Translations under genes and position numbers: made by a program
Notes under the pieces: generated by a model
What the model was told of the DNA's origin: nothing
Database searches by the model: none
Seen by the model: the letters and a program-made list of their open reading frames with translations, nothing else
Assembly: GCA_001929475.1 (NCBI GenBank)
Contig: LXFE01001251.1
Coordinates: forward strand, 1 to 45,523
Reading direction: 5' to 3'
Source of the DNA: Neolecta irregularis DAH-3
Lineage: Eukaryota
Length of the DNA stretch: 45,523 nt
In this document: piece after piece, positions 12,513-27,903 of the stretch
How positions within the stretch are numbered: the first letter of the stretch is position 1
Layout: each line of letters opens with the position of its first letter

Positions 12513-12640
12513 ATCCTTGTGCTAGGGTTTTAAGCGTGACGTTGAAGGGCAACCTGAGTCCGTTTTATTGCTGATTGAAAACTATTTCATGACCGCTCGC
12601 CGTATCCTTCGGGATATGGTGGAATCTTTGGAAAAACCTA
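12513..12640 (+). ncRNA. U4 spliceosomal snRNA
   Basis: 5' AUCCUUGUGCUAGGG is complementary to the conserved U6 stem-II sequence. Kink-turn stem-loop GAC-GUU-GA-AGG-GCAA-CCU-GA-GUC. Conserved UUAUUGCUGAUUGAAAACU (stem I). 3' hairpin CCGUAUCC-UUCG-GGAUAUGG followed by Sm-like AAUCUUUGG. 3' end approximate. Confidence 0.9.
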
Positions 12641-12836
12641 TTTTGTTCATTTTACAGTCGTTGGGGCCGTACGCGGTTCTGGGGTCTGTAAAGGACAGGG
12701 CAGTTTTTTAAATAAATTTCATTCCAACATACAATTACGTAGCCGCGTGTTACACCTGAGATATTTGTTTTATCTGATTTTTTGGATTATTTAACCCACG
12801 CACCATTCCTTACCGTCTTTGAACATAATCTCTTGA

Positions 12837-15800
12837 ATGACGGATGCCATCTGTTTCTATTTTCAAGAGCGCCCTCGCTCATTCGCTCTTAGAGCAGGCG
12901 ACTACGCTCTTGTGTTTCTTTATTCCGATGACGAGGAGCTGGTCCCACGTTGTATCGTCGAGTTCTGTCCTTGGCAAGATGTCAAGGAGGACAAATTTCG
13001 CCAATTGACGCCTCCGCCTATCTACGGATGTCTTGGACTGATTAACAGTGGAGAAGGTATAACAAATTCTCATCTTGCAGCATTTTTCTTACCCTAGATG
13101 TCTTTCTTTGTCTAATTACCGGTTGCAGCAAAACAGCAGTCATTCGAAAAGGGGAAACAGCAAACAAGATTTTCGCCGTCGAATTTTACTGTATCAATAA
13201 TTCAAAATGGGATAATAGCATTCTTGGAGGCTACGATGTGGATCAAATAAATCTAGAGGCCAATATTGAAATCGAAACTGAACAATTATGCAGTTCACTA
13301 CAACGACTTTTGACCGATGGAACGTTTTATTTCAGCGCAGATTGCGATCTTACTACAAAGCTGCAAAGCAGGGAGGACCTTGACGATTTGATCAAGAATT
13401 AACCCACCAGACCGCTCAACGCAGATTACGATATCGATTCTTTTGATGAATCGTTCATGTGGAATAAATATATGATGGGTGAACTGTTGACTTTTCGGTC
13501 TCATCTTCCTGAAAAGTCAAGGAAGGCTTTAGATCGTTGTCGCTTTCTGGTATGGCCTCTTTAGAGCTTCAACGCAATATTAATGAAAGACTACTGTTAT
13601 CCGTGGTTTTGTGGAAACTTTACCATGTAAAGCAAACATGAACATGACCATTATCTCACGCCTGAGTTGTCGAAGAGCAGGTGCATCAATAATATTCCAA
13701 AAAATCTGCTTATTCTGGAGGAACACGATTCAACTCGCGAGGTATCGATGATGAAGGAAACGTGGCGAATTTCGTCGAAACTGAAACCCTATTGCAGAAT
13801 TCCGCCTCTTGCTTCAGTTTCTGTCAAATCCGAGGGAGCGTGCCTATATTTTGGGAGCAGGTTGGAACACAGTTACTTGGTCAAAAAATTCAGATCCCAA
13901 GATTTCTAGAAGCAACACAGCCAGCCTTCGAAAAACATTTGGAGTCACTTATCGAATCATATGGCCCAGTCCATGTAATTAATTTGCTAGGATCCAAAGG
14001 CGACGAGCCCACCCTCAGTGATAGATACGAGCGGCACTTGCGAAATCTTGGGGATTTGGGAAAGCAAACTAAATACACGACCTTTGACTTCCACGCAGAA
14101 GTGAGGATTGGTGGATACGAAAATGCCAATGTGATTCGCGAGGTTGTTGGCAATGACGCTGAAAGTTATGCCTTTTATTTGGAAGATAATGATATGATTA
14201 CGATGAAACAAACTGGCATTTTTCGCACAAATTGTCTTGACTGGTAAATTCTATTAGCTTTCAACAAGCTCATTCAAGTCTCGATAGAACCAACCTTATA
14301 CAAGGCATATTATCTCAGATGGCCATTGAGGGTTACCTAATACAGCGCAAAATTGTGGCCGGTGTGGAATTCTGGAGGCGGCATAATATCCTTTGGGCAG
14401 ACAACGGAGACGCCTTGAGTCGAATATATGCTGGTACAAATGCTTTGAAAACTAGCTACACAAGGAAAGGCAAAAGTACCTTTGTTGGGGCTTTATCAGA
14501 TGTTACAAAAGTACTCTTTATCGATTATCATCTAACAGCTAATTTTGCAGAGCTTTGGGAGACTCTACATCAATCAATTCCTTGACAAGGTATTTGGTTA
14601 TCTATTGGAAGCTCTCTGACCTTAAAAGGAGAGACAGGTCCAGATTGACTTTCTTTTGGTAAATCTTCCACTGCAGAAAGTGGTTCATCGGTTCTCCAGG
14701 GGCGACTTATCAATCAAAGACCAGTGCAACTATTCGACCCAATCAGTGACCACGTTAATCAAGAATTATCGAAACGTGCCTGGGAATTTTCATCCACCAC
14801 CGAGATCAAGATATTTACAGGTACATATAACTTGAATGGTCGTATTAGTGAAGAGAGTATCGAGCCTTGGTTGCACCCAGATGGTATAAATCATTTTAAT
14901 TAGACTGTCTAAATTAAAGATTCCCCGATGGACGCTGACCTTGTTGCAGTTGGCTTTCAGGAAATCGTGGAACTAACTGCACAACAAATCGTCAACGCTG
15001 ACCCCGCCAAAAGGCTTGGGCCTGACTTACTTGCTATTGACTTTGTAGGGAATATTGGGAACAGCGCGTTCTTGATACACTGAACAAGGGCAAGAACGAA
15101 TACGTTATTCTGCGGAGCGGTCAGCTTGTGGGCGCTGCTCTCATGCTTTTTGGAAAGTCTAGCTCATTGTCTGCCGTTAAAAATATTGAATGTTCAATCC
15201 GCAAAGTAAGCTCATTTCTTGGATCTCTTATAACAAGAGACTGGCTTGAAGGGTATGTCGGGAAATAAAGGCGGTGTATCCATTCGGCTGGATTACGAAA
15301 ATACTCGGCTTTGCTTTATTACTGCACATTTTGCTGCTGGGCATGCAAATTTCCAAGAGAGAGATGACGATTATCGAACAATCGCCCATGGCCTCAAGTT
15401 TCAGCGCGGAAGAACAATAGAAGATCATGAGTAAGTTTTCCCTCCTTTCCATTGGCTGATGATGGTGCAATCATTTGGCTTGGAGATTTCAATTATCGAA
15501 TAGCTTTGATGAATGATGATGTTCGCCACTATATAAATAAAGGAGACATTGGTGTACTCTTCACAAACGACCAGGTTTTTATTATACCACATCTCGCACT
15601 GAAAAGTATAGCTTAATCTCCAAATGAGTGCAAATAAAGCATTCACAGGATATCAAGAGGCACAAATCACATTTCTTCCTACGTATAAGTTTGATAACGG
15701 GACAGACGATTACGACTCATCTGAAAAACAACGGATTCCTGCATGGACTGACAGGATCTTGTCGCGTGGCTCCATTGTATGAATTTTGCAAAGTTCCATC

Positions 15801-16541
15801 TGATCAAATCGCAGCTGGAACAAACTGCATATTATTCAGCACCTCTGCGGTTTTCAGATCATCGTCCTGTGTATGCATTATTCACTGCAACAATTACGAA
15901 AATCGACGAGGATATACGAGAACAACTGGCCAAAGAATTATATAATATGCGGAAAACAAAGGTAGGAGATGATCCTGCCTTAAAGCAACCGAAAAAGCCA
16001 AAGCCGCCTCCTCCAAAATCGCGAAACGCATCGTCAGCGCGAGCTGAAACTTTTTCACTAGCCCCTACAGGGGATCGTAAGCCATCATTATTTGACAAGA
16101 GTCTCAGTTGCAGTTATATCATTCAAGCCGGGTCTTCCCCCCAAGCCTAGGTTAATCCCAATCCAATATAATGTGCCAGCAATGGAATCAGAACCTGACT
16201 CACCAGCAAAAAATACCGTCGATACAGACCGCCGGGATAGGAATTTGCCAAAGCAACACGCAAATCCCCCTCCACGACCCTCAAGGCGTTCTGCTACAAT
16301 ACAGGAGGCTGGTGAATCACGTCCAGTCCAATCGCTTCAAAGACCGAATACAGTAATTTCAGAGAGGGACAAACAACAAGCAAGGATAGAATCCGCGGAG
16401 CGCGAAAATAAACAGGATCAGCCGAACACCGATGAAAGAAGAGCACCGCCACTTCCCCCGCGGATCGGCCGTTCTAAAGCGAAGTTTGGAGAGAAGCTAA
16501 AATGTCAGACTGATCTGGCACTACTAGAGTCGAATGATTAG
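12837..16541 (+). CDS. Synaptojanin-like polyphosphoinositide phosphatase (Sac1 + 5-phosphatase; Inp52/Inp53/Syj1 family)
   Basis: [49 protein letters not shown] (CX5R), [62 protein letters not shown], Pro-rich tail. Confidence 0.95.
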
Positions 16542-18142
16542 TGCAATAAATAGAATCATGTGTTCCGCGTGAAATGTAAAACACGCGAAACGTAAAGGGA
16601 AATAACCACCGCCACTGCACCCACTCAAAGCTTTGCCTATACCCACCCAGACCTGTTATCCGTGATCCACCTCTACAAGAACCAGAAACGCTATTAATAA
16701 TGCATACGATTGGATTCTAAAGGCTCATCAAGATCCGAACCATGGTGCAATAGAAAAAACTTACCTTGAACCGAAGAAGTATGCATATGGAATTAGCTGA
16801 GAGAATATCAAGTGGCTATTGCCATGTTGTATTGTCTGTCAGAGTTAAATGCAGCAAGTAAATAATATTTAGAAGTGACTCAACAGAGCCCACTTCCATG
16901 CTGTAAGAACCATGGTTGCCCTAACAACTAATTTGAAGGAAAGAACAGATGGAATGCCTGTAGCAAGCTGGGTCAATCATATGCAAGGTGTAATCTAAGA
17001 TTCACTACCATTGCTAATTCCAAAGAAATACAATGGATTGTTTGTGAACTTTCTCAAATTAGCAAATGGGTCTGTGATATCATTCATCGAAAACCTTGTG
17101 AGGGAGTTTCCTTGCTGTAGAGATGAATATAGGGTTGAGAATCGAACAGGCATTCGTCCATGTAAATGTTTTTATTGGTAGTGAAATTTTATATGGCAGA
17201 TATATGGGCAGTCGTAGGGGTCCTTCTGTGACATAGATCATATCACAATGTTCGCATTCTATCGGTAAGGTACTTAAACTTCGAGGCAGTTAGTTCATAG
17301 GGTACCTCAAATACTCCATACCTTGAATTGTATTTGTTATTCACCTCATCTCGAGAGCGTAATCAAAAGCCAAATTGTGATAGAACCTAGTCATCCATAC
17401 GAGATCCAGCTACGCGGCACATCAATCCGAGGTGTTGAAAAGATTCGTCAAGATTGTAGGGTTTGGGTATATTAATAATAACGCTATCCTGGTTGACTTT
17501 TTCCTCTGGGATACTGCTAAAGAGATACAAGCAAAGAATGAGACCAAACCAATCCCATGCCATAGAACTAGGAGTATATTCTACTTCTCGTCTCTTCTAA
17601 TCCAAGTTCGAACTTCATCATGAAGTCAACCCATCCCTTTGGGTTCTTCCTCAAACACTCAATAATAGGTTGACATGCTTCTCTCGTAACACCATAAGGA
17701 GCCAGCGCTTCGAATATCGAGATAACAGGCATCTAGGTGGGTATAAGCAAGGCTATGAGTGGGCGTGGTGGCGGTGGTTATTTCCCTTTACGTTTCGCGT
17801 ATGTTACATTTCGCGCGGAACACATGTCGTAATATCGGCGGCGCTTGTTAACCAGTAGCACCATTCCGACTTAGACCTGCTTAAAATTGGTCGGATGTAT
17901 TTGACTAAAACAGGAATAAATCATATATAACAATTGGCCGTATGTCTATATACGGAAAACGGAAATACGAATAAACATTTGGCGTGTAACCTAAAGTAAG
18001 GCTGAGACCCCTTGGAAGCGTGCTTGGCGTTTAGTGCTTAACTTGGATCGACACTATTTGGGTGACGTGCACGGGTATTTAACTTCCCTCGCAGGCTTGC
18101 CATTTCCCTCCAACTGCATCTTGCATTCCTTCCTTACTGACT

Positions 18143-20517
<2,375 letters not shown>

Positions 20518-20584
20518 GCTATCATAATTTTGTTGGATTGGTCAATAAGTATTACTGTGATTTGTTCGTTTGTATTAATTGAAA

Positions 20585-20640
20585 TAACCAGGTTCCAACA
20601 GGATTCGAACCTGGTTACGAATCCTGTTGGAACCTGGTTA
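20585..20640. repeat. Perfect 23-bp inverted repeat with a 10-nt loop, containing a tRNA-type B box
   Basis: TAACCAGGTTCCAACAGGATTCG-aacctggtta-CGAATCCTGTTGGAACCTGGTTA, between the convergent 3' ends of GFA1 and hxB. Confidence 0.92.
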
Positions 20641-20668
20641 CTTTTCGATTAATTCTAAAACAGTGATT

Positions 20669-20692
20669 ATGTACCCATGTACCCATGTACCC
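20669..20692 (+). repeat. Short tandem repeat (ATGTACCC)x3
   Basis: Read directly from the sequence. Confidence 0.9.
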
Positions 20693-20721
20693 AAACTAGC
20701 ATCAGGAAAATACATTCTAGC

Positions 20722-23177
20722 CTATTCGTCGATGTATATTTTATCCCCTACCGTTACCATAACATCTCTAGGCGGAGTCCGAAGTGTGAGATGCTGACCA
20801 AAGAGGATTCGGCCCTATAAGGTTACCAATGGGTCTTGACTAGCATATACATTTTTTTTCCGATGTTTGCTAAGAGTTACGAAAGGGTCGACGTCTTTCT
20901 CTCCCGTAGATTGATCAAGGCACACCATATGACATCTTCTACAACTCCCAGCAACGGTAAAACTATGGTTTGATATCGTAACTGAAGTCCAAAAATCTTC
21001 TTCATAAGCATGCAAATCCGGCCCGCTGATCACAAAGTTTCCTCGAAATACGTCTGCCAGGACTTTTTTTCCGTTTGTTTCGGCTATCTGAGCATTCAGA
21101 GCGTCGACGCTAGCTTGCGAAATAAGAAGAAATGGACTCTCATTCGACAAAGAGATTGGTTGTTTGATACTATAATCCCTGTTTAATTGTCGTAAATGGC
21201 TCTTTGCCTGTCGCATGTCTGAATCTGGTGGATATAATGCTAAGGTCGATGGGACTTGAAGGAATTTGGTAAAGAACTGTTCTATTTCCGGTTGTGTATA
21301 CAGTAGTGCTTCTATTGTTTCACCACAGACAGTAGACCGAGTGGTAATAGCAAGACCCTGTCCAGCAGGATTTATCGGCACTCGTATAATCTCGGATGTC
21401 TCGTGCCACTGTATTTGAAGATGATCTGTAGTTATTGTAGGTCGAATCAAAGTCATTCTGGGATATTGCTTTTGATTCAAAGCTCTACCAGTGCCTTTGT
21501 GGATCACGAACCACTGACGGTCGTATCGCAAGCCATATGGTTCAATCGGCCAATATGTACCTCGAGGTATATCGAAACAGTGACACGACTTTATGGGATC
21601 TACTAGATGAATACACCAGAACTAGATAGAGCCATACATATACTAATACGATTGATAACTGCAGATTTTTTCGTGTGAAGGAAGTCGTGTTCATTGAGAA
21701 CCTTTTCATCGAGATAGAACTCACGAATGAAGGCTATGAGAGACAGAGCATCTTCAGTGGTAGACATTGCACCAAGACTGACTCTCAAAGCTCCCATAGG
21801 CTTTCCTTCCACTATGTCATGATCGTCTCCACAGACATGGCCTGCCTAACTCAATAAGACCATGAATTAAGGAGCATAAAGTTCACCTGATAGTTTCGTT
21901 GTATTTCCCATGGCTTCAAATCAATCCATTTCTCAACACCTCCAGGGTTGCATAGCCCCCCTGACCGAATATGGATACCTTTCAAGGCTGCCAGCTTTTC
22001 AAATTCAGTATACCCAACCCATATACCATCCTTGCCCGATACGTTAAAACATATTATTGGTCCTTGAGTCTCCGAGTCTTCAAAATTACCACCTGTGTAG
22101 ATAGAGCAAACTTTCCGTCCGTTTCCGTGTTTGAGTTCTCGAAGTTGAAGGTACAAGTATTTGGCGAGAGCAGCAGTATGTGCAGATATATTCTCCATAG
22201 ATCCATAAAAGCGTTTCTGTATATTGATCGCGTGATCCAGCGCTAGGACTGAATGGAACGGAATGGTCCCATCCTCCAAACGCGAATGAATTTCGTTTTT
22301 TGGAACTGACCATTGGGAAGAGGCAATCAGTGCAGCGACTGTACCTCCGCCAAAGTACTTACGACGTTCAAACACATGTGCGGCAGATCGTTTGACAATG
22401 AGACTCCCAAGATCCGGAAAACCGAAAATTTTATTAAAACTAATAGCTGTGAAATCGGGAGAATTTACAGGATCTGAAAGGTTGAGAGAACAGGTTGAAA
22501 CAAGAGCAGCTGCATCGAATAACGAATAAGAGGTTTCTCGACCTATCAGATGTTTCGTCCAATTCGCAGGAAATCTTTCTCCAGTGAAGTTCGATTGACC
22601 TGGCCAAGCAAACAATGTCGTTGCATTTTCTCTCTGTGGGGTATTCATATGGGATATCATTGCGAATTTGGATAGACATTTTGATGAAGAGGACCATTCT
22701 CGCAATCCGATCATGCTTGTATGCGAGTCTTCTGAATAACAATATTCCCAGTTCTCGAGTTCACGAAAAGCCTCCCCGACGAGTTTGATTGCGGCAGTAG
22801 CGTTGGCTACAAAGACCAGGTCGAAACACTCTGGATCCGCGTTGAAAAGCTGCAAAACTTTAAGTCGAATATCATCGATGCGCCGGCAAGTAAGCTGACT
22901 TGCAGGCGACTTTGAATGCGGATTTCCAAATAAATCTGCACATAACTCTGCAGAGTATTCATGGATCAAAGAAATAGGGTATAGGGTCGTCCCAGCATGG
23001 TCAAGGTAGGTAATATCTAAAGCATAAGCCCTTTCCCAGTGACCTAGATATACTTGCCAACTGTGGATATTCCTGGCGTCTAAAGTCTTCGAACCATTTG
23101 ATATCACGATAGCCATATCCTATTGTTGCTGGTAAATGCTCATCCAAAATGTTTGTGTAAGGTGGCAATTGTTTCAT
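20722..23177 (-). CDS. hxB: Molybdenum cofactor sulfurase (PLP aminotransferase class V + MOSC domains)
   Basis: RRQEYPQL/intron/ITYLDHAGTTLY, FGNPHS, FVANATAAIKLV, SFNKIFGFPDLG, FGGGTV, LEDGTIPF, RSGGLCNPG, YPIKSC, YDRQW, FRGNFVI, CRRCHMVCLDQ. Start placed at ATG 23177 in a different frame from the ORF track. Confidence 0.93.
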
Positions 23178-24029
23178 GTAAGGAAGCGGGGTTGAGAGTC
23201 CGGATCAAAGATGAAAGTTTTAATTGCAGTTCATGCTATCCGTTATCCTGGTTTGTCCATAAAACTGGTTGCATTCTTAATAAATATACCGCATGTCTAT
23301 GTTGCAAAGCGTGAAGGTAATTGATGAGTTTTTAGTCCATTCCACGGCCCCATCCCAAACATCAACATAGGATGGTTATTTTATCGACAAGAACACAATT
23401 AATTCTATACTATTCTGCCCTATTCCTGCTCTCCTACCTTCTGATTCAAGATCCAGAACTATTATTGTCACAAGGTCTGGTATTTATCTTCGGTCGATCA
23501 TTACATCTTGTATAAAATATTATCAAGTCATCGTCTCTAATTATTTTAGCCAGATTATCCCGGAAGTAATAGATCATTGAATATTGTGGGGTGGATCGTC
23601 TTGAGCATAGCCACATACAATATATTACCACTAGCTCGAGGTGATTTGGATCCTTATAGACGTTTCTGTATCTTTACCTCTCTTTCATATTTTGTTCTGA
23701 CACATCGAAGCATCTTTACGGCTTGCGATATGTTTTCCCTTAACGGCAGCAACTTACCTACTGCCTAACTCGTACTTTTCTAATTCCCTGACGTTTACCT
23801 TGAGTTTCCTCGATTTGTCAATGCAATTTTGGCTTTATATCTCATTCGGGCAGGAAAAGGCATTGCAACGAGACAGAGAAAGTAGACAAAATCATCTATA
23901 ACAATCGACTATTACAAAAATAGAAATATGCCAGCTCATTCATGCCAAGCTAAAACCCCAATAGCGCTCCAAATCCCACATATGCTGCGGATGAACAACA
24001 TGTACAGCGTATGATATGCTTCATGCCAA

Positions 24030-27000
24030 CTATAAACTAGTAGTAACAGTCAAATTCTTTGAATGGATTAACAAAGTCGGTGGTAATTCTTCACAAAGTA
24101 TTTCAAGCCCTTCGACATATTCCAAGCTCCTTTCAGTACTCCTGTACGTATTGGCCGAAGGACTTGGTAAAGTTGTAAAAACAACGGCGGTATCGTGCGA
24201 ATTTATTCTTATCAGCTCGTTAACTACAAGATGTTGCGCTTTGGATGGAAGATCGTTGAATCCAAGCGTATTGCCTCGTTCTTCAACAAGGGCAGAAACT
24301 GGACGTCTTAGTGGGCGGACGTCCCCTATAAATCTAATTGACGGTCGGCCTTCTTCTACGCCCTCATTTTGAATTTCCACCTCCGGAATAACAACAGATC
24401 TAAAAGATGGAGGAGGTTGTGGACTCTTACCAACATCAATCCCGCGCAACTCATCTGGTGATAATGGTCTATTTTGTAAAGTGTGCGATGATACTCCTAG
24501 GGGTGTTTGCGATAGCGCAGAGAGGTTATCTGTTGGTGACTCAAACATGACGGCATTGCTTGCGGCCATTAGCATATTACTGGAGGCATTTCCAGATTCC
24601 AGCGAAGCAGCGAATAAAGGCGAATTCTCGAGAATATCGTACGTTGATTCATCACTCGAACTTGAATCGTCTTCATAAAATCCAGCGGGATGGGGAACAT
24701 TGACTCGCATGCTCATTGGTAGCGAATGAGGCATATTAAGGAGAACCTGACGCCGTCCTTTCACATGCGCAAGATCAAAACTGCCTCTCGTCGTAGATCT
24801 CGACATCTCTATGCCCGTACATGCCGTACTACATCGTGACGCAGGGTTCGGGATTGTTTTTGACCCGCTACTATCCGTTCTAAGTTGCTCTATCTCCACC
24901 CGCCATGGGTCCTCTCGTAGAACATTTTTAATGCGTCCAGAACGATCTTCTTTACCGTTGACAATAGTTTCATAAGTTTGTAGGTCCCCATTTGCAAGAC
25001 TAAGTACAACTAATTCGGCAGGTATACGAAGGTTGTCTAATAGACCCTTGACTCGCTGTGTTTCATCGGAAATATCCGAGGTGTTTTCAACAAAGACTAG
25101 AACTCGCAAGCGGAAAGCATTTCTCCAAGCGGGAACCATGTGAAGAATACAACCCTGAGAAAATTCAGTCCAAAATTATTGAACGATGATATACCATCTG
25201 TAAAATCATTGCATACGTATCGAAATTAGTTGTCAAAAGTGAGGGGGTCGAATCGCTTTTGCCGCCCTGAATTTCAGTAGACATCTGAATTGGCCAAAGA
25301 TCGATGTATCTCTTATTTAATTCGCCGTCCTTTGGGAGCTTGAGGTTATGGAAGCCTTTGGCAATCCTGAGCCAGAGTTAGAAACTTAGCAAGAATAAGA
25401 CAGAAAACTAACGCAATATTTGACCCGATTGTAAGCAAGACATCCTCCACAATCTCACACCAATCGCATAGACCAATGGGGTTTTCAGATCTACAGGAAT
25501 CCGTAGGAAGCTTATTCAGACCTGATTGATCCGACTGTGATAATTCTCTCACAATATGGTCGAGTGTCTCACTGGTTTGGTTTTTTCGCCAATCTCCCGC
25601 GTTGAAGAATCCAAGCACGACGATATTGGGTCTCATTCCACCAAGTCCAGCAGTCTTTCATATCATGAGCCCAAAACTTACTGCTGGGAAGATACCATAA
25701 CAAGGTGTCGAACTCCACACACCTCAGAGGGACTAACAGTGATGTGGGTAAAAGCCTTGACTTTGGCAACATCAATAAGACGTAACCATGAAACCTGTTG
25801 CCTCTTGAGCTCTGGAACAGCTTCTTTGAAATCTTCGCCTACAATGATATGACCAATCATATACAGGGCGCTCTTTTTGAGGGCGTTGCAAAACATGATT
25901 AGATTCCAATTTCGTCGAGCATCGTTGACGAGTAGCAGAATTTGAGGTCTCCAGAATTTGACATGATCTTTTCTAACATCCAGTCGCAGTAGATATTTGC
26001 GAACTTGATGATAGATCAAACTCTGTCCTACATCGCCCCAGTGCTTTGGGGGTGCTATAAAGTGAATAACGAGGAATAGCGCTCCAGTGACACCAATGGC
26101 AATGCTCGCGTAGAGAGAATCAACCTATATATGATAAGTGAAAGACCGTTCGTACTCACATACGAAATACATTGTAAGAAAACAAGAAGCCATCCCACCA
26201 GCAGCAGTCCACCAGCGGAACCAGTGGAACCGAGGCCTAATCAATGAGAAAGCGCACAATAAAAATTATTGGTACCGAAAATTCGGAGCGGAGCCAATTT
26301 TCAACAAAAAGCAAGCAATATTGACACAGAGGAACGTTAACAAGTATGTCATCGTGACAAATGACGCAATCTGATTGATATCCGACAAAAGGGTGACTTG
26401 GGTAAGAATATACGTGATAATAACTGCCAGGGTTGGTTCGTCATTTTCCGTTCCTTGACCAAAAATTGAAAGTCCTGGTAGAAGCGAATCGCTATTGAAT
26501 CACTAAAGAGTTCGAATGAGATAAAGATACCGAGCAATGGCTTGTAGCAGTTTGGCAGAACCATAAATTCCAAGCAGTGCTGAGAAAAAGGATGTCGAGA
26601 ATACACCTGCCATAATGAGATACTTTGAAAGATTGACCTGACAATTAGTTTGATTCTCCGAAAAGATCGTACGTCTTGAAGGATAGACGTATCAGTATAC
26701 AATGCCTCCCGAGGTATTGAGACAACCATGGAAAAAATGACGCTCAGATAAATCAGGAACGTGACGAGCATACCACTCAGCGTTCCACGAGGTATACTTT
26801 TGCCTGGGTTTTTAAGGTCCCCCGATATGCTTGCCCCAGCAAAGATACCGACAGTTGCGGGGAAGAAAATTCCAAAAATAGATTGCAATGTTTCCCTGTC
26901 TTTTCTCTCACTACCGGCCGCGCCCTTTTTGAACGTTGGCAACATGTTCTCGGAAAACGTCGACCAAGAAGGGCCTGTATAAAGAAAACCTCCGTGATCC

Positions 27001-27903
27001 CTTGATACAAATGGTCTCAGGAAAATCGTAGAAAGAGGTATAGAAAGTACTGAAACCATAAGAACAACGAATAAGGCTGTGGACGTTTTGGAAAACAACT
27101 TCGAGCCAACTAAACATATGGCAGTGCAGACCAAGAGTAGCAATGTTCCATACAGTAATACCCACCACTGCAAAATGTCAAGATATCCCCCAAAATATGA
27201 AGAATATTACATTAGATTCAGGGAGTACGTTGATTGTATCCCCGTCAGATTTGCCAAAATTGGCCATGAGAGCCTCGACAAAACCAATCACATTCATCCC
27301 AGCATTCAAAACTTGGCCAAGGTAGAAAACTATACCGATAGAACCGCCGAATTCTGGTCCGAGCGATCGACTAATCATGTAGTAAGTTCCACCACCTTCG
27401 TTTAGGATTTTATGATTAATAGTGGTACGATACCTCTGACTGTCCCATTCGTTGCAATAGCACTAATGGATAAGGTAGTCATCAAGTCGATGAAATAACT
27501 ACTGTCAACATACCGTTACAGTCACGCAATGACACCTGATAACTAACATGCCAAGCGTCCACAAAAAGCCAACTTGACCCAAAATGAACCCGAATCGCAA
27601 AAACATTAGAATGGATATGATGTTGAGTGTGACCGGGACAAAAACTCCACTCAATGTACCCATCTTTGGGCTCTCATGTATTTGTTTACGTCTAGTCTCT
27701 TCGGTAAAGGTGATGCTGTTCTGCAGATTCGACCAGACAGGTTCGTTCGGGCCATTTTCGATATCCCCGTTCCTAGTCCTAGTCCTGGTCCAGGTGCGAG
27801 GTCGAACTCGTACGTTAGGGCTGTCAATATTGGTAGCGCGGCGTCCAAGATGAATGACTAATTCATCGAGCTGTCGACCAGCGGACTGGAATTTGCTGGC
27901 CAT
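24030..27903 (-). CDS. SLC12 cation-chloride cotransporter (Vhc1/YBR235W-like), multi-exon
   Basis: [114 protein letters not shown]. Confidence 0.95.

Noticed and set aside
20585-20640. Functional tRNA gene
   Set aside because: Only T-arm and acceptor-like parts; no D arm/A box, no anticodon arm; too short.
21851-23116. ORF-track start codons for hxB (23116) and CDC6 (34479)
   Set aside because: Conserved N-terminal motifs (RRQEYPQL; ILGKR) lie in other frames joined by short introns, so starts were moved to 23177 and 34586.
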